Shown here: one piece after another, positions 7,368 through 15,729 of the stretch
Position numbering within the stretch: the stretch's first letter is position 1
Layout of the letters: each line of letters starts with the position of its first letter
Origin: Candidatus Bathyarchaeota archaeon
Lineage (GTDB): Archaea; Thermoproteota; Bathyarchaeia; RBG-16-48-13; JAGMEO01
Reading direction: 5' to 3'
Assembly: GCA_030602965.1 (NCBI GenBank)
Contig: JAUVYS010000002.1
Location: 1-46,433 of the forward strand
DNA: 46,433 nucleotides
Notes under the pieces: model-generated
Database searches by the model: none
Told to the model about the DNA's origin: nothing
Seen by the model: the letters and a program-made list of their open reading frames with translations, nothing else
Translations under genes and position numbers: made by a program

Positions 7368-8234
7368 TTAAACTTTGAATATGCCTGTATCAACCCATTC
7401 ATGTTTTATGATCGTCCACCAATCGATTGCTAAACCTGTTAAAACATACTCGTAAGGTAACCATCCATAACCGTTATCACCCCAACCCGTACCCCAAGAA
7501 TTTCTGATGAGTAACGCTCCAACAGTATTTTTTCTGCAAATATTATTCTTAATCTGCCTATCATTGTTGTATCCAACAGCCACCACAGCATGACCTCCAA
7601 GAATCCTTTCTCCACGACATGGATAAGGAATCTTCCCATCTCCTGCTGCTTGTCTGATTGAACTGTAAACTGTAAATCCGAACATGGATGGCAGGCCAGC
7701 CGCTAAATTCGTTTTGATTCGAGCTAACAAAATGTCTTTAGGTGTAAGTGAAGGATCTAACCTCACATACTTAAGTGGTTGATAATTTTGTGCAAAAGAA
7801 TAACAAAACGCGGAAGGCTCATCATCAAATTTACTGATGACATACGGCATATATTCCTCCGGAGGAACACCGAATAATCTCATTGCTCCCATAGTTGTAC
7901 GGAGGTATGCTCCAGTGTCTCCAGTCCAATGAAGCAATTTCCGTGTTACCTTGTAAAGGAAGAGTCTGGATGCATCAATATGTCTTCCAAAAGCCTTCCG
8001 TTCATAATATTCAACTAAAGATATACCAGCGTTTGCTGTGCAGGAACCGAGGGCACCTTGATCCTCAATCGGTGGACACCACGCACGGAGATCCACAGCA
8101 GTTGGAAGACCAACTTTTAAAGGCTCAACAATCCCCATTGTTTCTATCATAGATTTAACTTTTTCATGTTCCAGTGTGTAATCTCTAAAATCAGGTAAAT
8201 CAGGAAGCCATCCCATACTTCTTACTTCACTCAT
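7368..8234 (-). CDS. papain-family (C1A) cysteine peptidase
   Basis: QGALGSC (catalytic Cys), GGHAVVAVGY (His) and NSWGTGWGDNGYGW (Asn-Ser-Trp) appear in the canonical order. Confidence 0.88.
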   Translation of the reverse strand: MSEVRSMGWLPDLPDFRDYTLEHEKVKSMIETMGIVEPLKVGLPTAVDLRAWCPPIEDQGALGSCTANAGISLVEYYERKAFGRHIDASRLFLYKVTRKLLHWTGDTGAYLRTTMGAMRLFGVPPEEYMPYVISKFDDEPSAFCYSFAQNYQPLKYVRLDPSLTPKDILLARIKTNLAAGLPSMFGFTVYSSIRQAAGDGKIPYPCRGERILGGHAVVAVGYNNDRQIKNNICRKNTVGALLIRNSWGTGWGDNGYGWLPYEYVLTGLAIDWWTIIKHEWVDTGIFKV

Positions 8235-8301
8235 CTTTTCAACCTCACTAAAAATTATCTATTATCAATTTAAATTTTGTGTGTCCTCGCGTTTCCGTGA
8301 G

Positions 8302-8496
8302 TTATTTTTTAAAGACGACGATTCTTATTACTTGAGCCAAGATCATAAAGGCAACCGCGAACCCAGCTACGATAACAATTATGATTAAACTACCACTCGT
8401 TGATTCCCATACGTCCGTAACAGGAATAACTGCAATAATTAGGTTTAAGAAGAGAAATATGAATCCCATTACTAACAAGATCTTAGACAGCTTCAT
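8302..8496 (-). CDS. small membrane protein (64 aa from MKLSKILL, 2 TM)
   Basis: Two hydrophobic helices. The ATG at 8496 avoids overlap with the upstream gene. Confidence 0.55.
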   Translation of the reverse strand: MKLSKILLVMGFIFLFLNLIIAVIPVTDVWESTSGSLIIIVIVAGFAVAFMILAQVIRIVVFKK

Positions 8497-8510
8497 TTGA
8501 CGCGCGATAC

Positions 8511-9026
8511 CTAAAGAATGATGCTCATAGTTTCCATTGTTCTCGGTAAAACTACCCACGCGCTTAACCATGCATTTACATGTGGTTTCACTGGATCTGC
8601 TTCTGACACAATTTCAAAACTGAAAGTATCTTTAAAAATGGGTTGAGGATACATAGCAGCCGTTTTTTCTTCTTTTAATGCTACAAACTTGGTGAACCAA
8701 TCGGAAAGATATCTGATGAAACAGCCTTCATACCACTTCATAGAAACAAAATCCACGTCTGTACTGAACATGCCGACAGGATAAAACACTACATTACTCT
8801 TTAAAGTTACACAGTGTTCCCCTACAGGCATTTCATAAGTAGGCCAACCGAAATGAACAGGTTGAAAACCTACAACTGACATACGAATTCTCTGTTCTTC
8901 TTCAATCTTAGCTGCTTCTGCTATTGCATCTTCATATCTACTTAACGCACGAACATTATTATTCATGAAATTCTGAAGAAGATTTTTAGTGCTTAATTCC
9001 TCAGTTTCAGGATATAAAAAAACCAT
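8511..9026 (-). CDS. hypothetical protein with an MVFLYP N-terminus; paralog of 26422..26970
   Basis: Shares RYxDA..EAA.I..E.RI+M....PVH.G.P and the C-terminal VLPRTM motif with 26422..26970. Confidence 0.7.
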   Translation of the reverse strand: MVFLYPETEELSTKNLLQNFMNNNVRALSRYEDAIAEAAKIEEEQRIRMSVVGFQPVHFGWPTYEMPVGEHCVTLKSNVVFYPVGMFSTDVDFVSMKWYEGCFIRYLSDWFTKFVALKEEKTAAMYPQPIFKDTFSFEIVSEADPVKPHVNAWLSAWVVLPRTMETMSIIL

Positions 9027-9090
9027 AATTACTATTTAGTTTTTAAATTAATAAGAGTTTGCAGATACCTATGCTAATACGCGAGAATCT

Positions 9091-9276
9091 TCATCGGATA
9101 CTTGTTTCTCTTCGCCAATCATAATACCATCCATAGAAAGTTTCTCTCTCCAAAAAATCAAGTATTAAGTATTTTCGTAAATAAATACAATAAAACTTCA
9201 CAAGTTGCCTCTTAACTTTGTAAGGAAAATCTTTTGGGAATTGCCCTTTTGTATTAATCATTTCAGTCTCGCTCAT
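9091..9276 (-). CDS. hypothetical protein (61 aa)
   Basis: ORF on the dominant strand. Confidence 0.5.
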   Translation of the reverse strand: MSETEMINTKGQFPKDFPYKVKRQLVKFYCIYLRKYLILDFLERETFYGWYYDWRRETSIR

Positions 9277-9512
9277 GGTCTCATAGAGCTTCCTTCGTAT
9301 TAATCAAGTTATACGCGTATGAATTCTGGATCTGGATTTGTGCTTCCTAAATTATTTATGTAAGATTTAACGTCTGAGGGCTATAGGTGTTGAGGTTGAA
9401 TGAAACTCAGATTGATGCTTTGGATTTAACGATTGCTGCTTTGCGCTCTTACGAGAAACGAATGGGTGAACTTGTAGAAACATTCGCTGAATTGATTGTA
9501 GAAGTGACTCGC

Positions 9513-9755
9513 CTAGTTAAACAGGTGAATTAACATTCTTCTTCCTTTCTTGATATGTTCACACTCATATTCAACTGTACGAGTTTCTTTATTATACTTG
9601 TAAGCTAAATGACCATCAATTTTATCAAAAAGCCATGAATATTTTTGTGTTGAATATGCTCTCGCCGTTTTACTATAATCTGATAATCTAAGGGCATCAG
9701 GATATTTTTTCTTAAATTCAGATTCATTTATTGTGTTTTCCATCTTTCCACCCAT
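9513..9755 (-). CDS. hypothetical protein (80 aa)
   Basis: ORF in a coupled gene chain. Confidence 0.55.
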   Translation of the reverse strand: MGGKMENTINESEFKKKYPDALRLSDYSKTARAYSTQKYSWLFDKIDGHLAYKYNKETRTVEYECEHIKKGRRMLIHLFN

Positions 9756-9937
9756 GGTAGGTTTGTCTCATCCTTCAGTTGCAGTTCGTCTTGGTCTATA
9801 TATGATTCTTTCAATTCGCACACGCGCGCAAACCTGGTTACTTTGTTACATCTTATGCATCTGATTACGAGTTTTTTTCCCTTTATTTTGCGAACTTCAT
9901 ATCGGTTGGTTCCGCAAACTTCACAATCCAATTTCAA
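9728..9937 (-). CDS. zinc-ribbon protein (69 aa)
   Basis: CEVCG...CIRCN motifs. Confidence 0.6.
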   Translation of the reverse strand: MKLDCEVCGTNRYEVRKIKGKKLVIRCIRCNKVTRFARVCELKESYIDQDELQLKDETNLPWVERWKTQ

Positions 9938-10176
9938 CCACCTCGAACGTAATTTTTACATGAAGATGCTATGAGTTTTAGTAAATCTTCTTTGAATTGA
10001 CTAAACTTTGATTCTTCAATGACTTTACTGAGTGATGGAGCAAGAGACAAAAAAGTAGGATTTTCTGCTATCTGATAATTCGCCTTCTCTAAGATAGAGC
10101 AGCCTCGATTGCAATTACGACAACTTTCTAACATTATATCACCTCCCTTAAGCCTCGATGAATCTATTGAATTCAT
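9934..10176 (-). CDS. Cys-containing hypothetical protein (80 aa)
   Basis: CRNCNRGC motif and a 4-nt overlap with the downstream gene. Confidence 0.55.
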   Translation of the reverse strand: MNSIDSSRLKGGDIMLESCRNCNRGCSILEKANYQIAENPTFLSLAPSLSKVIEESKFSQFKEDLLKLIASSCKNYVRGG

Positions 10177-10402
10177 TCCACATTTCTAGCGCTGTATCGC
10201 CTTTTGTTGTAGTCACAATTTTTTTCCTTTTTTTCTCCTTGACTTCTATACGTAATAATCCTCTTTCCTCTAGGTCTTTAATATACCGCTTAACCTTGGG
10301 AAAGCTTACGCGCGCTCCAAAATACAGATTAGTTACTCCACAACCGCTATGTGCTAGCTCTAACATCAACATTTGAATCTCAATTTTGCTACGACGACGC
10401 AT
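10148..10402 (-). CDS. winged-helix DNA-binding protein
   Basis: KIEIQMLMLELAHSGCGVTNLYFGARVSFPKVKRYIKDLEERGLLRIE fits a wHTH layout. GGAGG SD is present. Confidence 0.65.
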   Translation of the reverse strand: MRRRSKIEIQMLMLELAHSGCGVTNLYFGARVSFPKVKRYIKDLEERGLLRIEVKEKKRKKIVTTTKGDTALEMWNEFNRFIEA

Positions 10403-10634
10403 AAATCATATTCCTCCAATTCACGCCATGCCTAAGACTCAAAAACAAAGGGGTTAACGTTGCTTCAAGCCAAGAGATATCTTCAGAGCAGGGTTTCGTG
10501 CTAGAGAACATCAATAAATACTTTTTTAGCGTCATGAATCTTTATTAATTCTTTCCTCTTCGCTATCAGCCAATCCCTAAAGTTCTTCTCTCCCAAATCA
10601 GGTTCTTCACACCTAATATAATAAACAACTTGCA

Positions 10635-10832
10635 TCATTCCACCTCCAAAGGTTTACAAACTGCGAACCAATGTCCTATATCGATAATATCATGATCTTC
10701 TATGCCTTTTCCACACTTCGGACATGGCCCACATTCAAAATAGACTTTAGCCCACATTTCGGCTGTCTCACCACGAATACGAACCTCTTCAGATTCAATC
10801 ATTTCTTTTCCCAATTTCTTTTTCTCCTTCAA
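10635..10832 (-). CDS. zinc-ribbon protein (65 aa)
   Basis: CGPCPKCG...C motifs. Confidence 0.6.
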   Translation of the reverse strand: MKEKKKLGKEMIESEEVRIRGETAEMWAKVYFECGPCPKCGKGIEDHDIIDIGHWFAVCKPLEVE

Positions 10833-11030
10833 TTAACCATAATATGATGTGTCGTGAAGACAGCCTAATTCTTGTGATCCACAGAAAGGACAATATTTCG
10901 GTTTTTCCTTAAGGTTTTCCTGCTTATTACTATCTTCTTCAGGAATCCAGGGATAAGTTGATTTTACAACCATTGGAAAATCTAAATTACATTTTTTACA
11001 TGTAATCCAACCAAGACCTATTTCTCCCAT
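10833..11030 (-). CDS. zinc-ribbon protein (65 aa)
   Basis: CKKC...CPFCG motifs. Confidence 0.6.
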   Translation of the reverse strand: MGEIGLGWITCKKCNLDFPMVVKSTYPWIPEEDSNKQENLKEKPKYCPFCGSQELGCLHDTSYYG

Positions 11031-11404
11031 CTTTTTCTCCTTCTCTTCTTCATATATCCCCTTGGAATTTTTGCGTAAAAAGGTTTAGCTAACACGTTTT
11101 CAGAGAGCTCTTTTCCCACGATTGAACCCCACCAATTAAGACGGACATTAAAAGTGAATGTGTAACCTTGCAGTTCAAAATAAGCTACACGTCCTTTACA
11201 GTCATTAAGCATCATGAGTTCATGCAGGGTGAATCCTTCTTTTGCGTAAATATGATAGCCTCTCCCTGAAGGACTACTCCTTAACTCAACAGTCTTACCA
11301 AGGTAACGAGCATTAAAATATTTTTGTAGCATACGGAATTGATTACAATAATCCATATCAACTGACTGGGCTCTTGTAGGTCTATGAGGAATGGTTTTAA
11401 TCAT
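11018..11404 (-). CDS. hypothetical protein with archaeo-eukaryotic primase (AEP)-like motifs (128 aa)
   Basis: VDMDY (DxD-like) and SPSGRGYHIY (sGxGxH-like) lie 33 aa apart. The protein is too short for a canonical AEP. Confidence 0.35.
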   Translation of the reverse strand: MIKTIPHRPTRAQSVDMDYCNQFRMLQKYFNARYLGKTVELRSSPSGRGYHIYAKEGFTLHELMMLNDCKGRVAYFELQGYTFTFNVRLNWWGSIVGKELSENVLAKPFYAKIPRGYMKKRRRKRWEK

Positions 11405-11609
11405 GTTTTTCCTCTCCTACGCGCGCGTATTTTACATCTCTAAGATCAGGATGCCTTCTCATGACTTGAACAAGAATGATACTTGTATCCCACTCTTGTC
11501 TGAGATGTAGAATTTTATGATTCTGAAACATTCTTAGTGCATCACGAGAATTATCTTCTTCGCCTAGAATTTCCATGTTGTTTTCTTTGAGTAGTATGTA
11601 GTCTTTCAT
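11397..11609 (-). CDS. hypothetical protein (70 aa)
   Basis: ORF coupled to the downstream gene. Confidence 0.55.
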   Translation of the reverse strand: MKDYILLKENNMEILGEEDNSRDALRMFQNHKILHLRQEWDTSIILVQVMRRHPDLRDVKYARVGEEKHD

Positions 11610-11767
11610 TTTTTATTCATTCTCCTCTGATCCTAAGTAGTGTTTTCCCTTAACATTTGGAAGTTTTACATAGAAGAGTCCGTTTTCATCTTCGAAGATT
11701 TTAGTCAATAGATTAAGTTTAGGAATGAAGAACATTCCAAGATCTTCTGTACTTTTCATCTGATCCT

Positions 11768-12721
11768 TCATTTTTTCTTGCGCCCTCTTTTTGCGCCTGC
11801 ACGTTCTCCTAATGGAATATCTTCATCCCACGTCATATCTCCACTGTCTTTTTCTCCCGGGCTAGCAAAAACTCCACGTCTACGCCAGTACCAATCATAA
11901 AAAATAGGGGTTACTTCTTCTTTTCGACTTATTAATTCACGGATTATTTCTGGTGGTGTATCTGAATATGTTGCGCTTGGTTCTGCCGTGATGCTTCCAT
12001 AGAACATGGACTTAAACCAAGTTCTGATTTTTGTTGTAGCATACGTTAAGTAATACTGTGTTCTAGATCCTCTAACGTCATAGTCTAAACTGATGCTTAT
12101 TATGATAATTACGCCTTCACTTTCTGTATCAACATTGGCAGTTACAGTGACATGGTGAATTCGAGTCTCTAATATTTCATGTTTCTGTTTTAAAAAGGCT
12201 TCTTCTTCTCTAATTGATGTGGTTAAGGTGCTGATTTGTCCAAGGTAATATTCATAATTACTTCGCAGTTCAGCAAGTCGAATGATATAAGTTTGTTCTC
12301 GTTTTATCCAGCCTCGATATGCACCTAGACTTCTTCGATCCCGAGTCTGCCAACCTTCATAAGAACTTATTACCCGTATCAATTTACGGATTGATTCAAG
12401 AATACTGAGTCGTCTTATAGGAATAGGTAGAGGCCATTCATACAAACGTTCTTGAAAAATAGTTAAACGTTTACTTATCTCTTCAATTTTTTGTTGTCGA
12501 TCACTTATTCTATCTTCTAAGTTTTGAATAGCTTCACGTCTAGTTTTTATTCGTTCATCTCTATCAATATCTTGTTCTTTTTTTATTAATTGAGTGATTT
12601 CATCCAAGTATGTTTTAGCAGCAGACAATTGTTCCTTAGAATCTTCAAGGATTTCTTCTTCACGAAGTATTTCAGCAGTTAATTCTTCATCTGATAACTG
12701 ACTGAAATCTATAAAAGCCAA
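11768..12721 (-). CDS. coiled-coil protein (317 aa)
   Basis: The N-terminal 200 aa are heptad-like and E/K/R-rich. The C-terminus is basic. Confidence 0.7.
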   Translation of the reverse strand: MAFIDFSQLSDEELTAEILREEEILEDSKEQLSAAKTYLDEITQLIKKEQDIDRDERIKTRREAIQNLEDRISDRQQKIEEISKRLTIFQERLYEWPLPIPIRRLSILESIRKLIRVISSYEGWQTRDRRSLGAYRGWIKREQTYIIRLAELRSNYEYYLGQISTLTTSIREEEAFLKQKHEILETRIHHVTVTANVDTESEGVIIIISISLDYDVRGSRTQYYLTYATTKIRTWFKSMFYGSITAEPSATYSDTPPEIIRELISRKEEVTPIFYDWYWRRRGVFASPGEKDSGDMTWDEDIPLGERAGAKRGRKKK

Positions 12722-12737
12722 CCAATCACTTTCTAGC

Positions 12738-12902
12738 TCAGTCTGTTTTTATCCGTCTTACTATAGGTGGACGTTTCTTCTGGAGAACACGGTATCCACA
12801 ATGAGAACATTTAATGCGACCACCGCGCATTTCTAGTTCTTTATATGAAGTGTCACGTCCACATCGAATACATTTATACATTAATTCGTCTTTTTCACTC
12901 AT
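12738..12902 (-). CDS. rpoP: RNA polymerase subunit P (RpoP/Rpb12)-like zinc ribbon, 54 aa, absent from the ORF track
   Basis: MSEKDELMYKCIRCGRDTSYKELEMRGGRIKCSHCGYRVLQKKRPPIVRRIKTD matches the Y.C..CG...i+C..CGyR+L.KkRpp...+vk pattern. TAATG coupling links it to the upstream ORF. Confidence 0.7.
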   Translation of the reverse strand: MSEKDELMYKCIRCGRDTSYKELEMRGGRIKCSHCGYRVLQKKRPPIVRRIKTD

Positions 12903-13153
12903 TAATAACAAAACCCTTGTTCACGATCATATTTACATTTACGTCGAATCGGGGCGGCGCGGTTCCACCAAAGCTTCATATCTCCAGCTTCCCGTCGTTG
13001 CTGTACACGACAATGACTACGACAATACTCATTTTGTTCAAGAATATTCACTTGTCTATATCGTCTTCCCCTTAACCTTCTCATACAAAGCATACAATCT
13101 GATATAGGAGGATCGATTACGTTTTGCATCTCTATAATCATTAAAGACTGCAT
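12902..13153 (-). CDS. Cys-rich basic protein (83 aa; alternative start at MIIEM)
   Basis: CMLC...YCRSHC...C motifs. First gene of the operon that contains the RpoP-like ORF. Confidence 0.55.
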   Translation of the reverse strand: MQSLMIIEMQNVIDPPISDCMLCMRRLRGRRYRQVNILEQNEYCRSHCRVQQRREAGDMKLWWNRAAPIRRKCKYDREQGFCY

Positions 13154-13163
13154 GAACCTTCAC

Positions 13164-13184
13164 TATTATATACTGAGTTTTTGC
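13164..13184 (-). promoter_or_regulatory. bipartite upstream motif GCAAAAA-N7-TATAAT; its AT-rich core is shared with the divergent rightward gene
   Basis: Minus-strand reading: GCAAAAACTCAGTATATAATA, then GTGAAGGTTCATG. Confidence 0.55.
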
Positions 13185-13196
13185 TTATTTTAGCAT

Positions 13197-13733
13197 GTGG
13201 CTGGTTTGGATAAAGATAAGATTTCGTTGGCTAAACTGTTTCGATCCAAAAAAAAATTGAATACTCCCCTGCAACGGGCATTATACAAACCGTCACTAAT
13301 AGAATTATTAACAGCGGAACCGGAAGAGGACGGGGTGATCGTGGAGGATGTTGCAGTCGTCCTTAAACCTTATGGAAAAACTAAAAGTATGATAGCACGC
13401 GTTTTTCCTTTGATTGAAATCCAAAAATTTAAGCCGTTGATCGACAGAAAAAAAATAACTGGATTAAAAATAACAGTGAAGGATGGTGCGTTAGCATGTT
13501 TAGTCGCTTCGGGCTGTGGAACTGTAAGTCAAATAACAGGTTTTTTACGCGCAGTCTCAGTACATTACCCTGAATTTAAAGATGTGAAAACCGAGACGGT
13601 TGGCCAGGCTCTCAGCAGATTAGTTGCAGGCAGAATCATTCAACCTTCTTCAGATTATGTGTCTGGAGAAAAAGTGCAATGCTTATCAGTGCCTAAACAA
13701 AAAGAATTATTATACAGAGAACGATGGTGGTAA
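13197..13733 (+). CDS. putative DNA-binding protein with two winged-helix-like segments (178 aa, GTG start)
   Basis: LIELLTAEPEEDGVIVEDVAVVL and TVSQITGFLR...TVGQALSRLVAGRII segments. Confidence 0.5.
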   Translation: MAGLDKDKISLAKLFRSKKKLNTPLQRALYKPSLIELLTAEPEEDGVIVEDVAVVLKPYGKTKSMIARVFPLIEIQKFKPLIDRKKITGLKITVKDGALACLVASGCGTVSQITGFLRAVSVHYPEFKDVKTETVGQALSRLVAGRIIQPSSDYVSGEKVQCLSVPKQKELLYRERWW

Positions 13734-13734
13734 C

Positions 13735-15243
13735 GTGCCACTGACAAAAGAACAGTTAAGATTGATTTGGGATCGTTGGAGAACAAAGTATCCCTGGGAT
13801 GTTCTTAAACGTACTTTTCCTTTTCCTCAAAACCTTATTTCATTATATGATTGGTGGACAGGAATCTTACATTCAAGAGGAGTAGACATTGACGAATATG
13901 ATTTTGAAGCTTATCTTGATCCAACTTTAACAAGAAAAGAACATGAACAACTCCTTGAAACATTGATTACTGCTCCTCCAGGAGAAGAAATGTATGAAGC
14001 ATGGGCGCAAGAAGCCATAAATAAAATACAGGATGAAGCTAGAGAAGCCGGATTATTAGAACCGTACGAAAAAAAAATTAGAAGTCTTGAACGAACAGAA
14101 AAAAAATCCAAACGAAAATATGAGAAAGCGAAAGAATTAGAAGATGAATTACGAAGAGAACTCCGAGAAAAAGAGGGTGAGGTTGAACGATTAAAACTAA
14201 CTAAAAAAGTCACTGTGAAATTCACACGTGACTATCCTAGTTTTGTCGGGTATGATTTAGAAACTTATGGTCCCTTCAAAACAGGTGAATTAACAAGTCT
14301 TCCAGAAGCAAACGCCGCCATCTTAATTGAACAAAAAGTGGCTTCTATTTGGGGTATACCTAAAATTGAAAAAGTTTTACCGGTAATGCCTCCAAGAGAA
14401 TTGACAAAAGAAGAGAAAAAGAGGCTTCAAGACGTTTTTAACGCTGCTCTTTTTGATGGTTTAGGCCGGATACCTGCAAGCACTATTTCTAAGTTCAGGG
14501 TTGAACTCGAAAAAATTAAGGATCTGTCTTATGTTGAAGCAGAGAAACGTATTTTAGAGTTAGCACAAGAAATTGTTGGAATGATTATAGCCACTAAAAA
14601 AATTGTGCCTGCCAGACCGCCTAGAAAAGTTGAAGTTTATCGTCCACCACGAGAAGAAGATGAACTCTACGCTATGCCTCATGTTTCACCTGCCGAACCT
14701 CCTGAATGGCCGTTAGAACCGCCTGTAATGAAGTTTCCACGAAGCCCCTCAAGTCGAGAGGAACAAGCATTTTGGAAAGCTTTTCAGTATAAACTTCAAA
14801 CGCAGGGATTTAATCCTTGGGAGTGGCAACGAGAATTTAACAATTATATTTCTAAGATGCAGTTCCGTAGCTGGAAAGCTCTTGTTAAAGCCTACGAATT
14901 GTTTGTTGAAACCATTAAGGAAAAGAAAGAGCTTCCACCGTTATGGCAGTGGAGCGGGGTTCCACCTCCAAGCTTAAACTATTTGCCAAAAGAATTAGAA
15001 AAGAAAAGAGCAGGAGCCATAATTCACTACACATCAGTATTGATTAGAAACGCTAGACGTGCGCGTGAACCTTATCAACCAACCTTAGAAGAACTGAGAG
15101 AGGATCTCGGTGATATTATGGGTATAACTAATGTAACATTTGATGAAATAAAAACTGCTTTAATGGAAGCTTACAAAGAAAAAGACGTAAGACTAATAGG
15201 GATTACACTGGAAGAGTTAAACAATTTTCTGGAAGCAACCTAA
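13735..15243 (+). CDS. large hypothetical protein (about 502 aa; E/K coiled-coil plus Pro-rich segments)
   Basis: The GTG at 13735 follows GGTGG and the upstream stop. Track start 13624 or the ATG at 13657 are alternatives. Confidence 0.65.
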   Translation: MPLTKEQLRLIWDRWRTKYPWDVLKRTFPFPQNLISLYDWWTGILHSRGVDIDEYDFEAYLDPTLTRKEHEQLLETLITAPPGEEMYEAWAQEAINKIQDEAREAGLLEPYEKKIRSLERTEKKSKRKYEKAKELEDELRRELREKEGEVERLKLTKKVTVKFTRDYPSFVGYDLETYGPFKTGELTSLPEANAAILIEQKVASIWGIPKIEKVLPVMPPRELTKEEKKRLQDVFNAALFDGLGRIPASTISKFRVELEKIKDLSYVEAEKRILELAQEIVGMIIATKKIVPARPPRKVEVYRPPREEDELYAMPHVSPAEPPEWPLEPPVMKFPRSPSSREEQAFWKAFQYKLQTQGFNPWEWQREFNNYISKMQFRSWKALVKAYELFVETIKEKKELPPLWQWSGVPPPSLNYLPKELEKKRAGAIIHYTSVLIRNARRAREPYQPTLEELREDLGDIMGITNVTFDEIKTALMEAYKEKDVRLIGITLEELNNFLEAT

Positions 15244-15266
15244 AAAGTCTACTATAAAAAAAGAAG

Positions 15267-15296
15267 AGGTAAGTTTACCCTAGAGTAAATTTACCT
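15267..15296. terminator. bidirectional hairpin between convergent genes
   Basis: AGGTAAGTTTAC / GTAAATTTACCT form 12 bp including one G-T pair, with a 6-nt loop. Confidence 0.5.
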
Positions 15297-15551
15297 AGTC
15301 GGTGTCACGGTGACTTTCTTGTATAGTTTAGATCCTTTTCTTGCTTTTGACACGTACTTTTCTTGACCGGGGCCTTTCCCTACCATATCCCTAGAGATGA
15401 TAGCGTTTCTTTCAGCTCTGCTTTCAATGCCTAAAGTCTTATGTGCGGCAACTGTAAAAGCTGCCTTAACGTCTGGATGTCCAGCACCAGGAGCACGTCG
15501 GCTTCGGGGAAATATCGTTACGTGTTTCTTAGCCGCGGTTGCCATAATCAT
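15291..15551 (-). CDS. small basic protein, locally GC-rich (about 86 aa from MIMATAAKK)
   Basis: GGTGG SD precedes the ATG at 15551/15545. Rich in K, R, A and G. Its composition differs from the neighbouring genes. Confidence 0.5.
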   Translation of the reverse strand: MIMATAAKKHVTIFPRSRRAPGAGHPDVKAAFTVAAHKTLGIESRAERNAIISRDMVGKGPGQEKYVSKARKGSKLYKKVTVTPTR

Positions 15552-15729
15552 TATTCCACCTTTCTGGCCTAGTAACAAGAGGCCGGCAGGATTAATTCGT
15601 TGCCATTTCGCGACCATTTTATATCACTGAGGGTAAATGTGGTGAACTCAGACATTTAAAACTTCCGTGAACGTGAGGGTTATTGATCTGAACAAAAAAC
15701 TAATAAGTGTCTACTACGTGTTTAATTGC

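Noticed and set aside
7439-8152. ORFs 7439..7639 (-) and 7895..8152 (+) inside the peptidase gene.
   Set aside because: They are alternative or antisense frames of a gene with unambiguous C1 peptidase motifs.
13624-13734. A 5' extension of the 539-aa ORF that overlaps the end of 13197..13733 by 110 nt.
   Set aside because: A GTG at 13735, preceded by GGTGG and placed 1 nt after the upstream stop, gives a standard coupled start. The extension encodes an implausible Cys/Asn-rich leader.
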